From IMG/VR virus record IMGVR_UViG_3300043774_000843: a stretch of 20,000 nucleotides of DNA; one strand, given 5' to 3'. The stretch's first letter is position 1, and every line of letters starts with the position of its first letter. Below, one piece after another: positions 8,851 through 16,548 of the stretch. The position numbers and the translations under genes are program-made. The notes beneath the pieces were generated by a model that was not told where the DNA came from, ran no database searches, and saw only the letters and a list, made by a program, of their open reading frames with translations. Source of the stretch: an uncultured virus (IMG/VR IMGVR_UViG_3300043774_000843) (taxonomy: Duplodnaviria > Heunggongvirae > Uroviricota > Caudoviricetes).

Positions 8851-9681
8851 TTATTTTTTTAGTGATTGAGATGTCATTGTCTTATTTTCCAATTCCCCTG
8901 ATTCAAATTTTTTCATAAAGTCATCCAAAATCAAATATCTTTTTTTATTTAATTCGTTATTAGCACCTTTAAATACTTTTAGAAAAGCATATTGTGCCTC
9001 TATCATTGGATAGCCTAAAGATAAATAAATGTTTAGAGCATTAATATCAGCAGAAACTTCATCGCTAATTTCTCTGCCTATTTTTGGATTCATGTATTTA
9101 TGAGAAAATTCATGTAATAAAATAACTAACCTCATAGGAATACTATATTTTTCAAAATCTGATTTTGAAATTTCAATAATACCAGTATTATGTCCTATTC
9201 TTGCAGGTGTTGAAACATACTCTCCCGTTTTTCTATTTCTAATTTTGTTATAATAGTCAATGCAAAACTTACCATCATTAGAGCGATATATACTTGGTTT
9301 TCTATCTCCTGCCGAAATAACACTTGCATTTGCGGAAAATTCTTTTGCAAATTTCACGAAGTTATGAATGTCTTTATCCGCCCAAAGAGGGTATGTTTTT
9401 AATTCTTGTGCATCGAATTTAACAATTGAAAAAGATTTATCCTCATCATTTGGAGTATTTCCTTTTTTAGTATTGAAAATTGAAAAAACTAATAATCTTG
9501 GTGTTTGAGGGAATTTTAATTCATATTCCTGATAACCATTTACTGTTCCTTTTCTACTTATATAATAAGTATTTGGCTTACTAAAATCTTTTGCAACAAC
9601 ACTAATTTCTTCGGGAGATTTTGTTTCTATTCCTAAAATTATAGTAAAAGGCAATCCATTACTCGGTATAGTAAAATTCAT
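8851..9681 (-). CDS. Putative zinc metallopeptidase (HExxH...ExxAD, gluzincin-like)
   Basis: VILLHEFSHKY followed by DEVSADINAL; N-terminal beta-rich region. Confidence 0.75.
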   Translation of the reverse strand: MNFTIPSNGLPFTIILGIETKSPEEISVVAKDFSKPNTYYISRKGTVNGYQEYELKFPQTPRLLVFSIFNTKKGNTPNDEDKSFSIVKFDAQELKTYPLWADKDIHNFVKFAKEFSANASVISAGDRKPSIYRSNDGKFCIDYYNKIRNRKTGEYVSTPARIGHNTGIIEISKSDFEKYSIPMRLVILLHEFSHKYMNPKIGREISDEVSADINALNIYLSLGYPMIEAQYAFLKVFKGANNELNKKRYLILDDFMKKFESGELENKTMTSQSLKK

Positions 9682-9685
9682 TTTT

Positions 9686-10129
9686 TTATTTTCTTAATTT
9701 TTTAACTAAAAATATACCACCAACAACTAAAGCTAAACCACCAACAATTGCTACTGTAATTCCAACTGCTTTAGGCATACCTAAGAATTTATCACTAACT
9801 TGAATGTTTTCAGTTGGTATTTCTTCTTTTTTTCCCAATTCTGCTTTTTGTTTTTCCAACTCTGATTTTTGTCTTTCTAATTCAGAGTTAGATTCTCTAT
9901 CTTTTGATTTTTCCAAATCATACTTTTCTTGTACTTTTCTTGAACAATCTTCCCATTTTGTTTTTTTAGATTTTGAAAACCAAATCTTTCTTTTCTTTCC
10001 ACAATTAAATTGTATTAATCTTGCAACTTCATCTTTTCTACTGTCTTTTTTAGCAGAAGATTCAGCAATTTTACCTACTCCTTTTGAAGCAAATCCAACA
10101 CCCCTTGATATTAGTCCTACAATTGCCAT
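9686..10129 (-). CDS. Tail-anchored membrane protein, FLGMPK-anchor family (copy 1)
   Basis: 147 aa; CGKKRK...WEDC, coiled coil, DKFLGMPKAVGITVAIVGGLALVVGGIFLVKKLRK. Confidence 0.85.
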   Translation of the reverse strand: MAIVGLISRGVGFASKGVGKIAESSAKKDSRKDEVARLIQFNCGKKRKIWFSKSKKTKWEDCSRKVQEKYDLEKSKDRESNSELERQKSELEKQKAELGKKEEIPTENIQVSDKFLGMPKAVGITVAIVGGLALVVGGIFLVKKLRK

Positions 10130-10839
10130 TATTTTCTTAGTTTTTTAACTAAAAATATTCCACCAACAACTAAAGCTAAACCACCAACAACTGCTACCGT
10201 AATTCCAACTGCTTTAGGCATACCTAAGAATTTATCACTATCTTCCATTTTTCTACTTGTTGTGTCTATTCTTTGTCTTTCTAAATCTATTTTTTGTCTT
10301 TCTAAATCTATTTTTTGTTTTTCCAAATCTAATCCGCTTTCTTTACCTTGAGATTTTTCCAAATTGTATTTGTCTTGAACTTCTGAAATACATCTTTGAT
10401 ATGCTTTCTTTTTGTCGCCACATTTACCACCAAATACACATTTTGGTTTTTTACCGCATCTAAGTTTTGCTAATCTTTCTATTTCAAGTTTATTAGAATC
10501 TTTAGTTGCTGATGCTTGTGCTACTTTACCAATACCTTGTGCAGTATCTCCAACTCCTTTTGCAATTTGTCCTGCTTCCGCATTTGAATAATAATAATCC
10601 CCATTCGCACTTAAATAATATCCGTATGGAGTTGATTCATAAACTTCATTTCCTGCCATAAAATAATTAGGGACTACTGGATTTCTAAAGTTATTCATTT
10701 CATCAAACGCAGGGTATCTTGCCGAACCCCCAAAACTATCTTCTAATCTATCGCCTTGTGGCAATAAAGTTGGAACATAGTCCACTAAGTTTGAAAAACT
10801 TTGGTCTAATTTATTTGTATTTGTTAAATCTAACGCCAT
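10129..10839 (-). CDS. Tail-anchored membrane protein, FLGMPK-anchor family (copy 2); tandem paralog of 9686..10129
   Basis: 236 aa; the C-terminal ~145 aa align by eye with the whole neighbouring protein; heptads LEKQKID/LERQKID/LERQRID. Confidence 0.85.
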   Translation of the reverse strand: MALDLTNTNKLDQSFSNLVDYVPTLLPQGDRLEDSFGGSARYPAFDEMNNFRNPVVPNYFMAGNEVYESTPYGYYLSANGDYYYSNAEAGQIAKGVGDTAQGIGKVAQASATKDSNKLEIERLAKLRCGKKPKCVFGGKCGDKKKAYQRCISEVQDKYNLEKSQGKESGLDLEKQKIDLERQKIDLERQRIDTTSRKMEDSDKFLGMPKAVGITVAVVGGLALVVGGIFLVKKLRK

Positions 10840-10850
10840 GATTTTTTATT

Positions 10851-12788
10851 TTATACTAATTTATAATAAGGTCTTAAATAACATTTTTCGAGTTTAATTG
10901 CACCTACAATTTGATAAGGGTAATTAGGTTTGCAACCAATAATTTCAGTTAATTTTTCGCAAGATATTTCGCCATTGAAAAGATTTGATTTTACCATTTC
11001 TTCTATGCTATCCACTTTAATTGATTCTTTTCTTTTTTTCAATTCCTCTTTTAGAGTTTGAATATCATCTTCTGTATTTTCAAATCTTGAAAGATTAATA
11101 ATAGCATCTGTTAAAGCATCATTAGAGTATTCTGAAAAATTGCCAACCCCACCGCCATTAGCGTATTTATTTTTAAATTCTTTTTCAGCTTTTTTTATAG
11201 CATATTCAAATGTTTGTGCGCCTAAAACTCTACCCATAGGTTTGCCATTAATTGCAACTTCCCACATATCACTACCTCCAACTCTTTGAACAGAGATATT
11301 GTCTTTTTTGAAAACCTTATCTTTTGTAAAAGGTCGCTCAATCCCACCACCATTAGCGTATTCATCCATTTCTAAATTCTCATATATATCGTTTATATAG
11401 TATTTATTTTTATTTGCTATACTTAAATATGCTAATATATCTCCATTCTCAATAGCCCTAAAAACATATTCTCCTTTTACTATTTCTACAATATCTCTTA
11501 CGCTTGTTTCTAATATGTCGCCTCTATAACCTCTAAAATAAACTTTTACAACGGTTTCTCCATATATATCTTTTTTAGGATTAGTTAAAACTAAACCAAT
11601 AAGTCCTCTTGTCCCCTCATGTTTGGCAAATACTAAATCTCCCTTTTTTATGCCCATTGCAACCCCACCACCTTTTGCGTATTTCTTTCCGTTTTTAGCA
11701 TCTTCTAAAAGAATATTAATATTTTCTCTTGAAGTTTCTATATCTCCATCACCATCACTACCCATATCATTATCAACTTCAAATTGTTCTTGCAAAACAT
11801 CTTCTTTTTGTTCTTTTGATAATTTTTGGTATATGTTATATGCTTCAATAGATTGGTCTTGTAGCATTTCCAATAATTTCAATTTCCAGTTAAAATCATC
11901 ATTAATGAAATTAGATTTTGCATATAAATCATTTATCTTGTTTTCAATTTCTCCTCCATCTCTATACCAATCGCCAAACCAACCCTCTTTTTTGTATTCT
12001 TTCCATTCACGCTTTCTTTTATATTTTTGTTCGTGTGGTTCTTGCGACTTGAACAAATTATCTCTGCCTGAATTTATTCCACCGCCTTTAGCGTATGTTC
12101 CTTTTTCATAAAAATCAATATCAATTACTTTTTGCATATTTTCATTTGGATATACTCCTACATCAAACATTTTTCCTACAAAATAATTACGAGCTTGTTC
12201 TTCGGTTGTAGTTGAGCTTACATTAGTTTCATAATTATATTTTGAGTCTGCGAATTTAACTCTTACCATTCCTAAAGATTTAGTGTAGTCATTCATTTCG
12301 CCTCCATTTTCGTATTCTTCAAAATCCTTTAATTGATTTAAAGATAACTCAATAGGTCTTAATCCATAAGGTTCTGCATCTAAACCATAATCAAAAGTAT
12401 AACCTAATTGTTCTAAATCTCCTTCTAATTTTTTTAGGTTATCATAATCCCATTCATTTCCACCCATTTCGTAATACATATTAAAAATAGATGAAACATT
12501 TTCAGGCATTAATTCATAATATTGAAATAAATCAACAAATTGAGAATCTACCATTCTATTTAAAACAGCATTTTTAATGCTTTCGGGAACGCTATCTAAT
12601 TTAGTTCCTAAATGTTCGCCCATTTCAACTTCTGTATAATCTCCAATATACTGATTAAATCCCTCTCCACCCTCACTCATTCCATAAACCGCCCCATCAG
12701 GAGTAAAAACGGTATATCTATCGTAAGTTTCTCCGTTATTATCATAAACTTTCGTTATTTCTAATATTCTTTTATCGAGATTATTCAT
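10851..12788 (-). CDS. Modular protein with YxxGG-delimited modules and the shared C-terminal domain
   Basis: 645 aa; YENGG, YAKGG, YRDGG, YAKGG, YANGG, YANGG; C-terminal IGCKPNYPYQ...KCYLRPYYKLV. Confidence 0.85.
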   Translation of the reverse strand: MNNLDKRILEITKVYDNNGETYDRYTVFTPDGAVYGMSEGGEGFNQYIGDYTEVEMGEHLGTKLDSVPESIKNAVLNRMVDSQFVDLFQYYELMPENVSSIFNMYYEMGGNEWDYDNLKKLEGDLEQLGYTFDYGLDAEPYGLRPIELSLNQLKDFEEYENGGEMNDYTKSLGMVRVKFADSKYNYETNVSSTTTEEQARNYFVGKMFDVGVYPNENMQKVIDIDFYEKGTYAKGGGINSGRDNLFKSQEPHEQKYKRKREWKEYKKEGWFGDWYRDGGEIENKINDLYAKSNFINDDFNWKLKLLEMLQDQSIEAYNIYQKLSKEQKEDVLQEQFEVDNDMGSDGDGDIETSRENINILLEDAKNGKKYAKGGGVAMGIKKGDLVFAKHEGTRGLIGLVLTNPKKDIYGETVVKVYFRGYRGDILETSVRDIVEIVKGEYVFRAIENGDILAYLSIANKNKYYINDIYENLEMDEYANGGGIERPFTKDKVFKKDNISVQRVGGSDMWEVAINGKPMGRVLGAQTFEYAIKKAEKEFKNKYANGGGVGNFSEYSNDALTDAIINLSRFENTEDDIQTLKEELKKRKESIKVDSIEEMVKSNLFNGEISCEKLTEIIGCKPNYPYQIVGAIKLEKCYLRPYYKLV

Positions 12789-12843
12789 TTATTTATTTTT
12801 TTATAAAATTAAAAAAAGTAACTAATATAAATTAGTAAAATAA

Positions 12844-13707
12844 TTATTTTCTTAGTTTTTTTACTAAAAATATTCCACCAACAACTAAAGCTAATCCACC
12901 AACAACTGCTACTGTAATTCCAATTGCTTTAGGCATACCTAAGAATTTATCATTGATAGTTTTAATTTCTTTTTCTATTGTTTTTTCAATATTAGATTTA
13001 TCAATAGTTTCAGAATCTTTTTCTTTTACATCAGACTTATCTGATTTTTTAGGAGTTAATCCTTCTAAACTTTTAACTGATTTTGGTATAGAAACAGATG
13101 TAACTGTCGCTTTAGGCTGCGTACTTGCAGTAACAACATTAGGTGCAACTGTTGTATTTACAGGAGCAGTTACAGGCTTTGGAATAGGAGCTAAACCTTT
13201 GGCTTGTAATTTTAATTGAGCAAGTCCTCCTGATTTTTTAAATTCTCTCCATTTCTTTCTCCAACCCCATTTAATTATACCTTTGTTTGTAGCCCTACAT
13301 TTCTCCCAAGATTCTATATTTTTTCTTTGTTCTGCTCTTTTAACAGCTTGATTTCTATTAGTCGCACAACAATCTTTATTGTAGTTTTTAGATTTTGAAC
13401 AATCCCAAAGACATATCACATTAGGGTATTTAATATCTGGATTTAATGGTTTGATACCACATTCCCCAATAGATATTTTAGCTTTACCATATTGCGCTTT
13501 AAGTTCTAATTTTTTATTTTTAACTAAAGCTCTATACTTTGGTAATTCTTCCTCTGAAACGCCTTCCTCATCTGATGGTTCGGAATCAGTATTTTCTTCA
13601 TCCTCATATTCTTTATCATCTTCGCCATCCGCACTGGAATAAACACCATTAGTGTTTAATATGCTTTCATCAAGACCATCTGCATTTAATAATTCTAAAT
13701 CTCTCAT
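12844..13707 (-). CDS. Tail-anchored membrane protein, FLGMPK-anchor family (copy 3), Cys-rich
   Basis: 287 aa; acidic N-terminus with NADG/SADG, CGIKP...WEKC, T/P/V-rich linker, anchor. Confidence 0.85.
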   Translation of the reverse strand: MRDLELLNADGLDESILNTNGVYSSADGEDDKEYEDEENTDSEPSDEEGVSEEELPKYRALVKNKKLELKAQYGKAKISIGECGIKPLNPDIKYPNVICLWDCSKSKNYNKDCCATNRNQAVKRAEQRKNIESWEKCRATNKGIIKWGWRKKWREFKKSGGLAQLKLQAKGLAPIPKPVTAPVNTTVAPNVVTASTQPKATVTSVSIPKSVKSLEGLTPKKSDKSDVKEKDSETIDKSNIEKTIEKEIKTINDKFLGMPKAIGITVAVVGGLALVVGGIFLVKKLRK

Positions 13708-13739
13708 TTTTAAAAAAATTTTGTTAATAAATTATTTAT

Positions 13740-13765
13740 TGCTCACCTTATTAACAAGGCGAGCA
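13740..13765. terminator. Intergenic stem-loop, possible intrinsic terminator or RNA stability element
   Basis: Minus strand TGCTCGCCTT-GTTAAT-AAGGTGAGCA gives a 10-bp stem with one G-U pair. The T-rich tail is on the plus-strand side, so the direction is ambiguous. Confidence 0.5.
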
Positions 13766-13809
13766 TTTTATATTTTATTGTAAATCAAACAATTATACTA
13801 TATTAATAT

Positions 13810-13995
13810 TTATTTTGGAATGTTTGTCCATCCTTTTCCTTGTAGCCAATCTAAACAAGGTTTATTTGAACGGTTTTTGTTACAAACTTCTCCTGCTGCA
13901 TTTGATTTGGTTTCTCCCTTAGATTTTTTCCATAAGTAGTAACCTATACCTGCTACTGCTACTGCTCCTAATCCGATTAATAAATTTTTTTTCAT
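13810..13995 (-). CDS. Small membrane protein with N-terminal TM and two Cys
   Basis: 61 aa; LLIGLGAVAVAGIGYYLWKK, then SNAAG and C-x8-C. Confidence 0.8.
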   Translation of the reverse strand: MKKNLLIGLGAVAVAGIGYYLWKKSKGETKSNAAGEVCNKNRSNKPCLDWLQGKGWTNIPK

Positions 13996-14027
13996 AATTT
14001 TTACTTTTTAATTGTTTTTATTGTTTT

Positions 14028-15017
14028 TTATTTTCTTAATTTTTTAACTAAAAATATTCCACCAACGATTAATGCTAAACCGCCTACAATTGCTACCGTA
14101 ATTCCAATTGCTTTAGGCATACCTAAGAATTTATCTTCTGCATCATCGCTATCATCTTCTTCTTTTGATTTATCTGTCGCACCACCTGCATCATCTTCTG
14201 AGGCTGTTTTTTCAACTTCGTTTATAATATCATTATTTGCTTCTGATTCAGATGGCTCGTTACCTGCATCTTCTTTTTTATCACTATCAAATTCTTTACC
14301 ATCGGGAGAGCCTTCTTCAAAAGGATTTTCATCAGCTCCCTCTTTTTTAAATACACCTTTAAGCCATGCGAAAAATGCTCTAATTCCTTTTACTTCTTCT
14401 TCTTGCGAAGGAACTTCTTCTACATCTCCTTCGGCAGATAATGTTCCCTCTACATAACTATATTCATCACCATCTTGACTATAATAAATATTACAATCAG
14501 GTGCAAAATATGAATAGAAATCTAAACCATTATTCCCATCTGCTGATTTATAAGGCATTTTTAAAAATCTTTTTTTACTGCCCTCTATAATTGCATTTTT
14601 AATTTCATCTTCGCTGCCTCCAAGATTTTTCCACTTAGAAACTAATTTACTATAAATAGATTTAGAAGAATTAACGAATTTAGCCTTGTATTTTCTTTGT
14701 TTTACAACATCAGTATTACCAACAGCAGGATATAATTTAGATGCTACACCATGAATATTATTTTTAATATTAAATAATATTCCTTTTCTCATAACTCTAC
14801 GGAAATTGTTACGAAAATTCTTACCTGCTTTACCTACTTTATCTTTTAAATTAGTAGTTACCTTTTTTATTTTGTCCTTAATTTTATCTTTACCTTTTTT
14901 AATCTTATCCTTGATTTTATCTTTGCCTTTTTTGAATTTATCTCTTAGCTTTTTTCCAATAGCATCAGAATATTCTTCTCCCAAAAGGTCTGAATTTATT
15001 AAATCTAAATCTTCCAT
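14028..15017 (-). CDS. Tail-anchored membrane protein, FLGMPK-anchor family (copy 4); basic N-half, acidic C-half
   Basis: 329 aa; KKGKDKIKDKI twice; D/E-rich region; anchor. Confidence 0.85.
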   Translation of the reverse strand: MEDLDLINSDLLGEEYSDAIGKKLRDKFKKGKDKIKDKIKKGKDKIKDKIKKVTTNLKDKVGKAGKNFRNNFRRVMRKGILFNIKNNIHGVASKLYPAVGNTDVVKQRKYKAKFVNSSKSIYSKLVSKWKNLGGSEDEIKNAIIEGSKKRFLKMPYKSADGNNGLDFYSYFAPDCNIYYSQDGDEYSYVEGTLSAEGDVEEVPSQEEEVKGIRAFFAWLKGVFKKEGADENPFEEGSPDGKEFDSDKKEDAGNEPSESEANNDIINEVEKTASEDDAGGATDKSKEEDDSDDAEDKFLGMPKAIGITVAIVGGLALIVGGIFLVKKLRK

Positions 15018-15037
15018 TTTATTTATTTTTAATTAAT

Positions 15038-15562
15038 TTATTTTCTTATTTTTTTTACTAAAAATATTCCACCAACTATTAAAGCTAAACCACCAACAAC
15101 TGCTACTGTAATTCCAATTGCTTTAGGCATACCTAAGAATTTAGCTGATTCTTCTTTTTCAGGTGCTAATCTTTCTGTGCTTGGTGGTGGAGGTGCTGTT
15201 TCAGTTTTTGTTTCTGATTTTATAACATTTTGAGTGCAAGTTTCATATTTTTCTCTCCTTTTTTTACCTGCTTTCCCTAAAGACAAAACACCAATAGGTT
15301 TTCTGCCACAAACTGATTTAATCTTTTGTTCAATTTCTGATTTAGGTTTACCTTTTATTAAACCTGCTGCAATACTAGTAGCTTGTTTTACTAATTCAGG
15401 ATTTTCTTTAGCAAATTCACCTACTTTTTTAGCAGCTTCAGCTGCATCACCATTTGAAAAATTTTCTCCATTTGCTCCACAGCAATATGAATAATTATCC
15501 CCGATAGCATTTGAAATACTTTCGTCAAGACCATTAGCGTTTAATAATTCTAAATCTACCAT
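15038..15562 (-). CDS. Tail-anchored membrane protein, FLGMPK-anchor family (copy 5)
   Basis: 174 aa; MVDLELLNANGLDESI resembles the start of 12844..13707; CGRKP...YETC; anchor. Confidence 0.85.
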   Translation of the reverse strand: MVDLELLNANGLDESISNAIGDNYSYCCGANGENFSNGDAAEAAKKVGEFAKENPELVKQATSIAAGLIKGKPKSEIEQKIKSVCGRKPIGVLSLGKAGKKRREKYETCTQNVIKSETKTETAPPPPSTERLAPEKEESAKFLGMPKAIGITVAVVGGLALIVGGIFLVKKIRK

Positions 15563-15590
15563 TTTTTTTTATTTTAATTAATTTTTGTTT

Positions 15591-16031
15591 TTAAACTTTT
15601 GTAGTTGCCGAAACATTTGGATTTATTGATGAACTACTTGTTGCACCACCATTTGTTCCTGCTCCTCCCCCTATGCTTATTGTTTTTTTGTTATTTAAAA
15701 GTTTTTTATATAATAAATATCCTCCAACAGCCAAAGTTATTCCTACAATACCATAAAATAATAAAGGCTTCATTCCTAATATTTTATCGTCTTTTTCTTC
15801 CTCTTTTTGTTCAAGCCTTTTTGAAAAAGATTGTTTTTCAAAGTTTGGAGTTTCGTAAGATTCATTTTCTTCTTCATCTTCAATTACCTTTTCAACATCT
15901 TCTTTTATTGGTTGAGGATTTTTAGCTCTTTGTGCTGTTTTTTGAATCCTTTCAGTTTTTAAAGAATTTTTTAAATTACTACTATTTGATACTGTTTCGT
16001 CAAGTAGATTTGCATTTGCTAATTGTGTCAT
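15591..16031 (-). CDS. Membrane protein with a divergent KILGM-type anchor
   Basis: 146 aa; DKILGMKPLLFYGIVGITLAVGGYLLYKK. Confidence 0.8.
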   Translation of the reverse strand: MTQLANANLLDETVSNSSNLKNSLKTERIQKTAQRAKNPQPIKEDVEKVIEDEEENESYETPNFEKQSFSKRLEQKEEEKDDKILGMKPLLFYGIVGITLAVGGYLLYKKLLNNKKTISIGGGAGTNGGATSSSSINPNVSATTKV

Positions 16032-16061
16032 TTGTCTTTGATTTGTTTTTGGTTTATTTAT

Positions 16062-16547
16062 TTATTTCACTATATTGGTTAAAATATCAGCTAATCTATT
16101 TATTATTACATCATAGAATACTTTAAAATCAAATTCTGAAACTTTATAATTTAATAGTATAGCCTTTTTTGTTTTAATATCAGCATTTTCATCCCACTTT
16201 TTATCTTTCTTTGCTAATAGAACTCCATTAATTACTTTGAATACTCTTTCTTTATCAGCATCAGATAATTTTGCTAAATCAATAATTCTTAAATAATTAT
16301 CAACTTCTAATTCTGAATTTACATCTTTTGATAAATCTTTTAAATATTGAGCATCAATAACTTTTTCTTTATTTTTAATACTTAATCCGATTAATCCTAA
16401 AGAACCTAACACTGCCCCGATTCCGCCACCTATTAATAAGGTTTTAGTTAGGTCTAAATTTTTGTTTTTACCTAATGTTTTAATATATAGGTATGATAAA
16501 CCCAATCCTGCTAAAACACCATATATAGGTAATAGATTCTTGTTCAT
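16062..16547 (-). CDS. Membrane protein with N-terminal Gly-rich TM hairpin
   Basis: Start moved to ATG 16547 (MNKNLLPIYGVLAGLGLSYL), just after the upstream stop at 16549; the longer track start overlaps the upstream gene. Confidence 0.8.
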   Translation of the reverse strand: MNKNLLPIYGVLAGLGLSYLYIKTLGKNKNLDLTKTLLIGGGIGAVLGSLGLIGLSIKNKEKVIDAQYLKDLSKDVNSELEVDNYLRIIDLAKLSDADKERVFKVINGVLLAKKDKKWDENADIKTKKAILLNYKVSEFDFKVFYDVIINRLADILTNIVK

Positions 16548-16548
16548 T

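Larger units (their letters stand above)
9686..15145 (-). repeat. Dispersed 108-bp repeat (5 copies) encoding the C-terminal anchor
   Basis: Copies at 9686-9793, 10129-10236, 12844-12951, 14028-14135 and 15038-15145. The first two differ at 4 of 108 positions by my count. Confidence 0.95.

Noticed and set aside
9686..15145. Diversity-generating retroelement template/variable repeat explanation for the 108-bp repeats
   Set aside because: All copies are coding TM anchors with synonymous or I/V changes, there is no non-coding template copy, and no reverse transcriptase is in the window.
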